This document shows, one piece after another, positions 37,705-50,156 of a stretch of DNA of 64,000 nucleotides. This stretch comes from Nemertoderma westbladi (Eukaryota; Animalia; Xenacoelomorpha). Both the position numbers and the translations under genes were made by a program. Each line of letters begins with the position of its first letter. Position 1 is the first letter of the stretch. The stretch is taken from positions 124,001 through 188,000 of the forward strand of contig JAUCBJ010009103.1 of assembly GCA_032718475.1 (NCBI GenBank), read 5' to 3'. The notes beneath the pieces were generated by a model. That model saw nothing but the letters and a program-made list of their open reading frames with translations. It was not told where the DNA came from and did no database searches.

Positions 37705-38002
37705 TTAAGTTGTTATGGGATGTTCTGTTTGATTGGTTGTTGTGTGATTTACTTGCTAATCTTGGCCAGTATTAAATACACTAAATCAACAAGCACTGAT
37801 CAATGTGTACAGATATACAGTAGGAGTCAATATGTTTCACAGGAGGCATGATGGAGGGAGGGGGGGGGGGATTTTCGAAAACCTATCTTGGCGCTTGGTG
37901 AATTAAAAGCACATCCCGGCGAATTAGCAATGATAATTATTAAGTGAGGGAAAGGAGCAGGTTGCTGTGGCAGGACAATGGATAGAATAATAATGATTTT
38001 TA

Positions 38003-38206
38003 TTACGTACTATATTTATTATTTATTTTGGAATAAAGATGTAAGGTAAAAAGAGCACGACATTGACATTTTCGTCGACATTGACTGATTGACGTCGTCG
38101 GGATGTGCTGTGCAGTTTTCCGATGTCGGATTATATTACTTTTCTCTGTAAATCTTTTCTCGCAATGGGTACCGGTACACGTATAATAATCTTTTTCACA
38201 ATTCAT
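38003..38206 (-). other. Isolated C2H2 zinc-finger-coding fragment inside the Mutator-like element
   Basis: YTCTGTHCEKRFTEKSNIIRHRKTAQH fits C-x4-C-x12-H-x5-H. Confidence 0.55.
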
Positions 38207-40526
38207 TATTAGGGCCTACTGTATTACGTATTATTTACCTACTTTAAATGTCCAGTTACTGCTGTATTGTACGATATGACAGTATTTTACAAAGATTAAA
38301 GCTGTAAAGAGGTCTGGCCTCTATCCTAGAACCTAGCACCTAGACCTAGAGCAAGAGTCCATCAATTGTATTATATTCTTAAGTACATTCCTGCATTCTG
38401 TCATTATTACGTCAGTCACTGCAAACAATCACTCATAGCGTCATAGGTAAGTGTGTTAGAGTCTGAGAGTACATGTAGAGCTACCAGCATACTGCTAATA
38501 TTTAAATGTAAACTACTAAGTTACATTGATCGCTTGTTGATTTAGTGCATTTAATACTGGCCAAGATTAGCAAGTAAATCTCACAACAACCAATCAAACA
38601 GAACATCCCATAACAACTTAAAGCATTTATAAAACAGGCAATATCATTGGATGTTCACAAAATGATCGCTTGGGTTTTTACTCTCATGTAACGCACCACC
38701 CCAGTACGTAGGCTTTACGTAGGCCTTCCGGGTCTACCGGTCCTTCCCTAGTAAACTGGTACGTCATAACAGTCAGCATACCGCGAGTGTACTTCCCGCC
38801 GATTACGTTGTATTCTAGTATTTCGCGTAGTCATTTGTAGTTATTTGAGTCGATTTTCCCCTGGAGAGAGATAAATTTTGTTTGCGTAGAAAGTCTCCCC
38901 CACCCCCCCCCCCCCCCCCCCCCCCCCATCTGGCAGAAGCAAAAGGTGATTTTCACTTTCGGATATTTCGCCCTATAGCAACAGACTGGAGAACTGCGCA
39001 CCGATAGCATTCTTCACAAAGAGGCATCATGTGGTAGCACATATGACAAGATTCAGGTTAAACGAATTAAAATCACGGAAATGGGAGAAGGTTTGCACTT
39101 TCAGACATTTCGCACTCTAGCGGTAGACTGGGGAACTGCAGACCGAAAACGACCCTAGAAAGACACAGGATGTATGTTCTATCACATATCTGACATGTTT
39201 CAGTTTGAACGGATCATAAATAAGGAATGGGTCATATATGTATTATAGATAGTAAGATAGGTAGACTGTTAGGTTGCCTTTGGGCAGCTTTTGTTGTACT
39301 ATATACAATACAATATATATTTAATGCAAAATACGGAAAAATGTGCCTTTTTTATCACTGACATACAGGGCCGGATTAATGACTTGGCGGCCCGGGTGCA
39401 CTTTTGAAATTTTCACTAGCGCTCCCCCTACAACACCCCCCCCCCCCCAGGATTTATATTATGCATTTTCAACTTAATATAATTAACTAAAAGGAATCCC
39501 CACCACTGAAATTAAACTGGTCACCACTGGTATAAATTAAAAATTTTATACCATTTTAGTTTCAAAAATTACCTTGAACAGTATTCTGTTACAGTATTGT
39601 GCAGGCTATACAATATTGTGCATACTGCAGCCTCATGGGGAGAATAAAGCTGCGGACAGCATGACTTTCATGGAATGTCTTGGGTGATCGGCCATTCACT
39701 TTTATTTCATGCAACTGCAATGCAGAATGCCGATTTTAGATAGATAGATTACTCACTACAGGCAAACTACAGTACATACAGTGTATAAGGACAACCTACT
39801 GGGTCTATCCTTTGTTCCTCTATGGGTTTACTGTATGGCACGTCTTAATTTATCTATATTTTTTCCACCTCTTCCATTACACTTAATGGGTCTATCATTG
39901 ACCCGCCCTACCTTAATAGATATATACCCTTTGTCCCGCCGCCCATTAACTTAGAGATTACTAATTGTGTCCAACCTGTGTAATCTCCCGGTTCTGGACC
40001 TGTATGTATATTGCTAAAAGGTATAGGCTTATATTTAAGTTGCCAATTGTGTTTATCAGTAACGGATAATAAATGCACCATCCGAGAACACAAATAATAT
40101 AATCATATTTACGTGCACTCAAAATATAACATCAAAACTGAAGAAAAATATCTGTAACAATACACTGACATTCAAATAATTTATTTCAGCTTGAATACGA
40201 AATTAATTTCTTAAAAAAAATATATTTTATTTTTTTCAGTTTTTATTATCATTATTCTTTTGATATTTCATGGATTAATACAAGACCTGAAAAAGTTACC
40301 AATTATGATATATACAGATACTTAAAGAGGGTTATGAACCCTATAGCAATGATTTAATACTTCCATAACATAAAATTTTGTGTTGTGTCATTTTCAGTGC
40401 AACACAATTTAGAGGATGTCAATTTTAGTTTTTACATGATAATTTTAGTTGCTAGGCCAACTGTCACGGAGTGATAAACTTAATTTAGATGATCTTCGAT
40501 ACAGATTTCGTGAAAATTTGAGTTCC

Positions 40527-43500
40527 GTTCAGTGTACCTGAACGTTCAGTGTACCTGGACGTTCAGTGTACCTGGACGTTCAGTGTACCTGGACGTTCAG
40601 TGTACCTGAACGTTCAGTGTACCTGGACGTTCAGTGTACCTGGACTTTCAGTGTACCTGGACGTTCAGTGTACCTGGACGTTCAGTGTACCTGGACGTTC
40701 AGTGTACCTGGACGTTCAGTGTACCTGAACGTTCAATGTACCTGGACGTTCAGTGTACCTGGACTTTCAGTGTACCTGGACGTTCAGTGTACCTGGACGT
40801 TCAGTGTACCTGGACGTTCAGTGTACCTGGACGTTCAGTGTACCTGAACGTTCAGTGTACCTGGACGTTCAGTGTACCTGGACTTTCAGTGTACCTGGAC
40901 GTTCAGTGTACCTGGACGTTCAGTGTACCTGGACGTTCAGTGAACCTGAACGTTCAATGTACCTGGACGTTCAGTGTACCTGGACTTTCAGTGTACCTGG
41001 ACGTTCAGTGTACCTGGACGTTCAGTGTACCTGAACGTTCAGTGTACCTGGACTTTCAGTGTACCTGGACGTTCAGTGTACCTGGACGTTCAGTGTACCT
41101 GAACGTTCAATGTACCTGGACGTTCAGTGTACCTGGACTTTCAGTGTACCTGGACGTTCAGTGTACCTGGACGTTCAGTGTACCTGGACGTTCAGTGTAC
41201 CTGGACGTTCAGTGTACCTGAACGTTCAGTGTACCTGGACGTTCAGTGTACCTGGACTTTCAGTGTACCTGGACGTTCAGTGTACCTGGACTTTCAGTGT
41301 ACCTGGACATTCAGTGTACCTGGACGTTCAGTGTACCTGGACGTTCAGTGTACCTGGACGTTCAGTGTACCTGGACGTTCAGTGTACCTGAACGTTCAAT
41401 GTACCTGGACGTTCAGTGTACCTGGACTTTCAGTGTACCTGGACGTTCAGTGTACCTGGACGTTCAGTGTACCTGGACGTTCAGTGTACCTGGACGTTCA
41501 GTGTACCTGAACGTTCAGTGTACCTGGACGTTCAGTGTACCTGGACTTTCAGTGTACCTGGACGTTCAGTGTACCTGGACTTTCAGTGTACCTGGACGTT
41601 CAGTGTACCTGGACGTTCAGTGTACCTGAACGTTCAGTGTACCTGGACGTTCAGTGTACCTGGACTTTCAGTGTACCTGGACGTTCAGTGTACCTGGAAG
41701 TTCAGTGTACCTGGACGTTCAGTGTACCTGGACGTTCAGTGTACCTGGACGTTCAGTGTACCTGGAAGTTCAGTGTACCTGGACGTTCAGTGTACCTGGA
41801 AGTTCAGTGTACCTGGACGTTCAGTGTACCTGGACGTTCAGTGTACCTGGACGTTCAGTGTACCTGGACGTTCAGTGTACCTGGACGTTCAGTGTACCTT
41901 GAGTTTCAGTGTACCTGGACGTTCGGTGTACCTGGACGTTCGGTGTACCTTGACGTTCAGTGTACCTGAACGTTCAGTGTACCTGGACGTTCAGTGTACC
42001 TGGACGTTCAGTGTACCTGGACGTTCAGTGTACCTGGACGTTCAGTGTACCTGGACATTCAGTGTACCTGGACGTTCAGTGTACCTGGACGTTCAGTGTA
42101 CCTGGACGTTCAGTGTACCTGGACGTTCAGTGTACCTGGACGTTCAGTGTACCTGGACGTTCAGTGTACCTGGACGTTCAGTGTACCTGGACGTTCAGTG
42201 TACCTGGAAGTTCAGTGTACCTGGACTTTCAGTGTACCTGGAAGTTCAGTGTACCTGGACGTTCAGTGTACCTGGAAGTTCAGTGTACCTGGACGTTCAG
42301 TGTACCTGGACGTTCAGTGTACCTGGACGTTCAGTGTACCTGGACGTTGAGTGTACCTGAACGTTCAGTGTACCTGGACGTTCAGTGTACCTGGACGTTC
42401 AGTGTACCTGGACTTTCAGTGTACCTGGACGTTCAGTGTACCTGAACGTTCAGTGTACCTGGACGTTCAGTGTACCTGGACGTTCAGTGTACCTGGACTT
42501 TCAGTGTACCTGGACTTTCAGTGTACCTGGACGTTCAGTGTACCTGGACGTTCAGTGTACCTGGACGTTGAGTGTACCTGAACGTTCAGTGTACCTGGAC
42601 GTTCAGTGTACCTGGACGTTCAGTGTACCTGGACTTTCAGTGTACCTGGACGTTCAGTGTACCTGGACGTTCAGTGTACCTGGACGTTGAGTGTACCTGA
42701 ACGTTCAGTGTACCTGGACGTTCAGTGTACCTGGACGTTCAGTGTACCTGGACTTTCAGTGTACCTGGACGTTCAGTGTACCTGGACGTTCAGTGTACCT
42801 GGACGTTCAGTGTACCTGAACGTTCAATGTACCTGGACGTTCAGTGTACCTGGACTTTCAGTGTACCTGGACGTTCAGTGTACCTGGACGTTCAGTGTAC
42901 CTGGACGTTCAGTGTACCTGGACGTTCAGTGTACCTGAACGTTCAGTGTACCTGGACGTTCAGTGTACCTGGACTTTCAGTGTACCTGGACGTTCAGTGT
43001 ACCTGGACTTTCAGTGTACCTGGACGTTCAGTGTACCTGGACGTTCAGTGTACCTGAACGTTCAGTGTACCTGGACGTTCAGTGTACCTGGACTTTCAGT
43101 GTACCTGGACGTTCAGTGTACCTGGAAGTTCAGTGTACCTGGACGTTCAGTGTACCTGGACGTTCAGTGTACCTGGACGTTCAGTGTACCTGGACGTTCA
43201 GTGTACCTGGAAGTTCAGTGTACCTGGACGTTCAGTGTACCTGGAAGTTCAGTGTACCCGGACGTTCAGTGTACCTGGACGTTCAGTGTACCTGGACGTT
43301 CAGTGTACCTGGACGTTCAGTGTACCTTGAGTTTCAGTGTACCTGGACGTTCGGTGTACCTGGACGTTTGGTGTACCTTGACGTTCAGTGTACCTGAACG
43401 TTCAGTGTACCTGGACGTTCAGTGTACCTGGACGTTCAGTGTACCTGGACGTTCAGTGTACCTGGACGTTTAGTGTACCTGGACATTCAGTGTACCTGGA

Positions 43501-43927
43501 CGTTCAGTGTACCTGGACGTTCAGTGTACCTGGACGTTCAGTGTACCTGGACGTTTAGTGTACCTGGACGTTCAGTGTACCTGGACGTTCAGTGTACCTG
43601 GACGTTCAGTGTACCTGGACGTTCAGTGTACCTGGAAGTTCAGTGTACCTGGACTTTCAGTGTACCTGGACGTTCAGTGTACCTGGAAGTTCAGTGTACC
43701 TGGACGTTCAGTGTACCTGGAAGTTCAGTGTACCTGGACGTTCAGTGTACCTGGACGTTCATTGTACCTGGACGTTCAGTGTACCTGGACGTTCAGTGTA
43801 CCTGGACGTTCAGTGTACCTTGAGTTTCAGTGTACCTGAACGTTCAGTGTACCTGAACGTTCGGTGTACCAGGACGTTCAGTGTACCTGGACGTTCAGTG
43901 AACCTGGACGTTCAGTGTACCTGGACG
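40527..43927. repeat. 17-bp minisatellite (GTTCAGTGTACCTGGAC)n, about 200 copies
   Basis: Direct reading. Confidence 0.97.
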
Positions 43928-44908
43928 ATTTATTTATATTGGTATATGTCGATGTCGATGGTGTATTATTATTATGTGCCTATGTTGTGAGCCCACAATA
44001 TGTGATAGATATTTGTTCTAAATTTTGTTAGGTATTTTTAATCTCTAAGATTAAGTACAAATACAAACCCTAATAAAAGTAAGGGCAAATGTAAACCCGC
44101 AGTTTAAATTTTAGTGGCAGACTTCCACATACCTCGGGTACAACACGTATTCGGTTAGGTATATTACAGAATTGGAATATAAATGAACTATAAAACAATA
44201 ATTTTATTTTGCGATATCCTCTAGTATGCGCACATTAAATACATTTATTTGTCATGAAACCAATAAATTATATACCGGTACTTATTTCTATTTGAAAATT
44301 AATCTAAGGTAATTGTTGGATTAACTGTTTGGATGGTCATAGGTATATTTTGGAACGTATTTCGAGTCGTTTTAAGGGTTTTCAACCTCAGCAATGCAAA
44401 TTATATATTACTAAAATACTTATCTGGGTTTTTTTGGATGATCATACAAATGGCATAAATCTCAGCGCATTTAAAATGACTTACGTTAAATTGTTGGTGC
44501 CACAATACTGAGCGCGGTTCTCGTAATTTTGAAATTTTCAAAGTGGTTTATTTGGTGATCCACATTTGGCCGCGGCACACAAAATATAATGATGAAAATT
44601 GATACTCCAATTTTTATGTTTCTGAAAGCGCTTTGATATGATTCGGCGTTATGGAAAAACCAAGAAATGGAAGGTCCATCATAAGAATTTTGGACACATT
44701 TTATAAAATAAAATCAATTTTAGGTGACATCTTCAAAATTTAAAGTTTCTGAAAATGGCAAGGGTATACGGGGACAACAAATATTGCTGGTACACAATTG
44801 TTCTACCACCCCACAAACAGGTGCAATTCAAGAATGGGGGCTATCTATAATACACAAATATTCAAAGAATTATACCATCACCAACAAAATAGTTGATTTC
44901 CAACACTC

Positions 44909-45559
44909 TTAGAAGATAAAAACCCCAAGAAGTACAATTCCAACCTGTATCTGAAAGATCAGATCGATGTTATGGGATCCGTTTGTTTCTGTTGAGGTTT
45001 CCATGACAACCATGCTCGTGGTTTCTGCTATGGGTTCATCCTTCCATGTCACAGATGGACAACCGCTACCGGTAATATTGCAACATTGCCATTGACATGT
45101 GCTTGCCACTTCGGTAAAAAAGCTTTCTCCCCACCGAACTACCCTTATAAAAAGATAGAAATCATCCGACATACTATCCTGGTCTCTCTCTATAGCGATG
45201 TTGTACTGCAGTGTGCATGTAGGCTCGTTCAGCTCTAAACACTTGTCCCAACATTCTAGTGTCGAGTAATAGAATACAACCTCATCCTTGGATTTGAAAT
45301 CATCTCCAGGAATTCCTGAGAATCTGAGATGTACAATGCCGCAAGTATTGCAGTCTCTCTTAATCCTTGTGTAGTTGAAATACTTATAGTTGTTCTGTGT
45401 AACTATGAGGTCTACCAATGCATCTGTAAAATAGGTTTGTAGTTGTTCATTTTCGGACTTTACGAAAAGGGAATTTCCAGTTTTACAAGAGCCTCCTAAA
45501 CAAATAGTTACATAAAATAATGATAAACTAATTATGATTGACACTTTGGAGTATTCCAT
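44909..45559 (-). CDS. Hypothetical Cys-rich secreted or membrane-anchored protein (216 aa, single exon)
   Basis: ATG at 45559. Signal-peptide-like IIISLSLFYVTICLG, about 10 Cys in the mature part, an S/T/E-rich stalk and a hydrophobic C-terminus (LIFQIQVGIVLLGVFIF). Non-repetitive open frame in AT-rich DNA. Confidence 0.6.
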   Translation of the reverse strand: MEYSKVSIIISLSLFYVTICLGGSCKTGNSLFVKSENEQLQTYFTDALVDLIVTQNNYKYFNYTRIKRDCNTCGIVHLRFSGIPGDDFKSKDEVVFYYSTLECWDKCLELNEPTCTLQYNIAIERDQDSMSDDFYLFIRVVRWGESFFTEVASTCQWQCCNITGSGCPSVTWKDEPIAETTSMVVMETSTETNGSHNIDLIFQIQVGIVLLGVFIF

Positions 45560-46264
45560 TTCGTTGCCAATCAATCATTCATCAAATTTTTCCCTAATTA
45601 ACTGCAGCCCAAATGTTTTGTAAGTTGGACCCCATTATCACCTAAGCCCCGTACTTATTATCACTTTAATTCCACATTCATGTATCGCAGGTTTATATTT
45701 TATAACTTTTAAACTTCTTAAATATAATTTGCAAATGTTCGGTGGTGACCACGTCTAATCGAACAGTCTAAACCGCCGCGGTGCAACGAGTTTGAATGTT
45801 TATACGTCGTCTTGGAGATATCTGATAGAAAAGTGAACAATGAATCAATATTATAAACTGAAACTAATTACTGCGGATGTGTTGATGTAAAACAAATGTA
45901 ACTGTATTCTCCTGTAATAAATAGTAATAAAGTATTGATTAGTAACAGTCAATAAGTCCATAGAGGTCATATATAAAAAGTAGTAACAGTCAGTGGTTGG
46001 TACAGAGAGATGATATATATACAATAAAAATTATTATTAAAATAAAATTACATAGATCTAATGCCAATTATATGCAATTAATTATTACAATAATTGTAAT
46101 TGCAACAGTTGCAATTATTGCAACTGTCACTACCAAGGTTTACCTGCTTTAGAAGACAAACTAAACAAAAATATCGAATGTGTCGTTAACTGCACTGCTT
46201 TGATGATTTTAATTTAATAATAATATTAAATATTTGTTATTATTAAATCAGATTCATGCCTTAA

Positions 46265-47784
46265 CCCTATTAAACCCGGGGGGGGGGGGGGGGTCAATAT
46301 GACCCTTCCCGTGGTTTTTTTTTGTTATAACTCTGAAACAAACGCAGTGAGGAATCATACATTTTGTGACTTTTCCTAGAAATCTATTGTCTTCCTAATA
46401 GTGAAAACGGTTTTCAAAAATATTGGGAAGTTTTCGAGTTATAGCACCATTTTTTAATTTTGGCACTTTTTTGAGGCGTTTTTTTGAAAATTACATTTCA
46501 TTAAATATTATTTGTAACATCTCTATTTTTGATTTACACCGGTTTTTTGGTGATTGCAATTAGATGGAATTCTTCTAAATAAATTTAGAAATTACAAACT
46601 TGTTTTTTTCGGCGGATGCCAATTTTGGTGCCAGCACCAAATTTTGAAATATGTCAATTGCGTAAATTGATTGCTTGAACCTGTTTTTTGCGCAATATGT
46701 GTTTTTTTGGGGCTCTGATTTCGATGGAATATATACGAGTTGCACTAGGAGTATCAAACTTGTATTTTTCGGCGCGGTGTGCAAAATTTGGTGCCAGCAC
46801 CAAATTGTGAAAATCCATTCAATAGTTAAATTGATCGTTACAACTTATTTCTCGCGTTTTAGAGGTTTATGGCGGTTCTGAATTCAATGAAATAAATAAT
46901 TATCTAACAAGACATCTCAAACTTGTACTTTTCGAAACTGGGTGGAAAATTTGGTGCTAGCTCCAAATTTTGAAAACCACCAAATATATCAATTGATAAA
47001 GGTTCTGAATTCAATGAATGGAATATGTAAAAATTCCATAAGAGTTTTTAAATCTGTATTTTTCGTCGGTGGGTGAAAATTGTTGTGCCAGCACCAAATT
47101 TTTGAAAATAAGCAAATTGATCAATAGATAGTATCATCTTGTTTCTTGCGTTATACGGGTTTATGAGGGTCCTTAATCCGATGGAATCAATAAAAACCGC
47201 ACTGGACAACTCAAACTTGTACTTTTTGGTGATGGGTACGAAATTTGGTGCCAGCACCAAACTTTGCCATATTACGCCGAAAAATACAATTAGCAGTGAT
47301 CTAGCAAATTAGAAATGTATTCCATTAGAATCAGCACCCTAGAAAACCTAAAAATGTGAATTTATAGCATCGTATAAGTGAATTAAAAATTTTGTGTTCA
47401 AACTGAAAAGTGCTGGTTACTTGTTTTTTTTCATTTTTTGCCTAAGTAGAGGGCTAAAACATCCATTTATAGTAATCATATCATTTTTAAACAGTTTCCA
47501 ATGGATTTTGCGCCCCAGAAAACCTGTATTGAAAAATAATTAGCCGAAAATTATAACTTTCAATCTTTATGAAAATTGTTCACTACTTGTAATTTTGGTG
47601 TAGCAAAATATCAACCACAGTACTTTTTTCGAATTTTTTTTATTTTGGTCGGATTAGGACTAGTGAGATCTACGTACAAACAAAAATCAGACATTTTTTT
47701 TGAAATTTGTAGATTTTAGAGGGAGGGGTCAATATTATTGTTATTTGTATTTGTACAACATTTTATAGCCCGGTACTAATAGGG
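46265..47784. mobile_element. TTAA-flanked non-autonomous DNA transposon (piggyBac-like)
   Basis: TTAA|CCCTATTAAACCCGGG ... CCCGGTACTAATAGGG|TTAA. Contains repeated internal palindromic TTTGGTGCCAGCACCAAA motifs. Confidence 0.8.
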
Positions 47785-48409
47785 TTAACTGAAATAAAAA
47801 AGCTACATAAAAAAATTACTCTGAATATTGAATGCTACTGTATGTTAATATACATTTTTAATCTACAGACCAAGCACTCACTGCTTGCTACATGACATTA
47901 CATCCACAGTAATAAAGTTATAATATTGTTGTATTACATGCTGTAAGGAGTCTTGCTGTTTCTTTAGTAAATGAATCAATATAAAAGTGAGGTATAATTA
48001 TACTCCGTTATTAAAGTACATTCGATTAATTAATTACAAACTAGAGAATTGTGACAGTGTGAATTCTTTCATAGAGTTACACTGTGATGTAGCCTAGCCT
48101 ATTAAAGCAATAAAGGGTCTCAATGATATCATACATTATTGCACCCGTGTAAATAATTCTTAGTGAATGGAGTTTGCCATGTAGAAAGAATGGGGGCAAT
48201 TTAAAACCTATATACAAACAAACTGTGTGACAATTTACAGTGAGCTGCTAATTTCACTGGATTGTTACACAACCGAACGTAGAGAGTGAGTTGATGTAAA
48301 TATACGAGGATCAATTAAATAAAGCAATTTTCACGGACACTCCTTTTTTACATACCTCTCTAGGGATTTCATCTAAACCACACAATTTATGTTTGGCATA
48401 CTTTTAATG

Positions 48410-49440
48410 TTTCTCTAGAGTTCGGCAGGTCTAAAGTCGCCTGTTTCTATATGTAGCATTTGATCAATATTTTCCTTGTAGGACTGACCTTATATTCGTC
48501 AAGGTATTCCCACCAGGCCAATTATAGGTGTGCCATCCTATATGCTGGGGATATATTCATGTCTTCTTCGTAGCTGAAGGTTAAGTGGACGGTCCCGGCT
48601 GTTCAATATACTAGAACCCGGAGGCCGTGCCATGGTCGATTTGGACAGTGGGTGTCACTCTCGTCGAGAGGTCTGTAGGCTGATCGGTACTGAGAATGGC
48701 TTGCCCATCCCGCCAGTCCGTGTCGCAGTTCCGAAGTTGATACTCGGGTATCGCTCCTGGGGTAAATAGGATTGTCGGAGGCTCATCGTACATATCCACG
48801 CGGGTTGTTTTGGTAACGGCCGTCCAATGTTCCGACATCGAGTCAGATTCGGTGAGTTCGGACAGCGTCCATGTGTCCGATGGAGCATCGAGTGCATACT
48901 CGCCGATCTCATAGTGAGTGTATGGCAATATGTGGTGATCTGTTCCTTATCCTCCTGTACCTACCTGTTTACACCTGTATCGAGAAGGAATCTCGCGTCA
49001 TAAAAAACTGTGTCGCCTTTGGCACCGGGAAAGATGACCAATGGACCGACGGGGATGTTGATCGAGTCGCGGATACCAACTGCTCGATCCGACACAAGGA
49101 ACGCATTTGGCTCTTTATTAATGACTACCGTCATGAATAGTTCGAGCATGGTGAGCAGTTACCAATTCTCCTGGAGAACGTAGCGCATCTGCTCCATGCT
49201 CACTGTGTCGATCATCCACTGATACAGCGTGGTCTGATTCGATCTCGCTTCCCAAATTAGTTTGTTGGCGAGCTGGGATCTTCCTTTTGCTGATTTTCCT
49301 GATTTTCCTGTTGCCGTTACTTCTAACGCCGATGTAAGTTTGAGTTGGTTGTGGATCTCAACAAGACTAGTCACCAGATATTGGATCGGGGAGATGTTGG
49401 ATAATGCAGGAAAAATCGAAAAAGAACGAGTTGGGTTGAA
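48410..49440 (-). pseudogene. Decayed ORF of unknown origin, about 1 kb
   Basis: ORFs 49159-49374, 48961-49149 and 48655-48912 share one frame and are separated by single stops. GC is higher than the flanks. No motif recognised. Confidence 0.4.
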
Positions 49441-49768
49441 TCATCAATTTTATTCCAACTAATCTAGTTCTTTTACCGATTTTAACACTGATTCCAAATA
49501 TATGGGACTCCCCAATATGCCAATATAAATAGAATATACACAATATAATGATTGAGTTTTATAACAATATTAATAAGCTTCCAGTACAAATTATTTAATA
49601 AGTCAGAATACTTTATTTTACTTTTTTATTTTAACCCCCCCCCCCCCCCCCTGAACTACGTTTGATATCTGTCTGTCTGGTCCATCTGTGATCGTCTATA
49701 AGTCGGTCATTAGGCCGTCAAATGTCCGTTGCCCGTTGGTAGTCCGTCGCGTCTATCACTCGCTTTGC

Positions 49769-50156
49769 CTAGTGTCACTGTAGCCCGAATCCTTTTCAGG
49801 CTCGTGCTACGCTAACCGGCTCCGCTCGGCTGTCCGTTGGGTGTCTGTCGGTTGGTGAGAGAATGCAGCAGTGATGCTGCATATCACTCCGTCTGGTTGG
49901 TAATACATCGACCCTTCAGCGTACCGCTCTCCCCTCGCCATCCATTTCGGGGTGAGTCCTAAGGCAGGTCAAGCGGTTTAACTTCGGGCTTTGTCGGGTC
50001 CTCACGAAGTCTAGTGTCACCAGGGTTCGAATCCTTTTCAGGCTCGCACTAAGCTTACCGGCGCTGTTCGGGTGGTCCGAGTCCCTCGGTCAGTCCCTTG
50101 CGTTCCGCTCGCCCCTAGCAATCCCTTTCAGGGTTGGTCCTAAGGCAAGTCAAGCG
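49769..50156 (-). ncRNA. Duplicated putative structured RNA motif (copy A 49769-49975, copy B 50011-50156)
   Basis: Shared blocks CTAGTGTCAC, CGAATCCTTTTCAGGCTCG and GTCCTAAGGCA.GTCAAGCG in the same order. On the minus strand they form GAAA-capped stems with G-U pairs. Confidence 0.45.

Larger units (their letters stand above)
35550..38689. mobile_element. Non-autonomous TIR transposon with about 170-bp TIRs and 9-bp TSD (Mutator-like)
   Basis: TSD AACGCACCA at 35541-35549 and 38690-38698. The left TIR (35550-35621 plus 37709-37810) is the reverse complement of about 38521-38689. Confidence 0.88.
34272..38845 (-). pseudogene. FDPS: Farnesyl diphosphate synthase pseudogene
   Basis: Pieces: about 38699-38845 (in-frame TGA, then LREILEYNVIGGKYTRG...VLG); about 35410-35549 ([30 protein letters not shown], first Asp-rich motif); 35146-35395 (GQTLD..KTSYYS..LP..GGFFQ); intron 34614-35145 (GT-AG); 34272-34613 (QDDYLD..GKIGTDI..KCSW, second Asp-rich motif, then stop). 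Disabled by the stop, a frameshifting deletion and a transposon insertion. Confidence 0.9.

Noticed and set aside
40566-43990. Many overlapping YLDVQCTWTFSVPGRSV ORFs
   Set aside because: A 17-bp unit read through all three frames, with stops wherever the TGAAC variant falls in frame.
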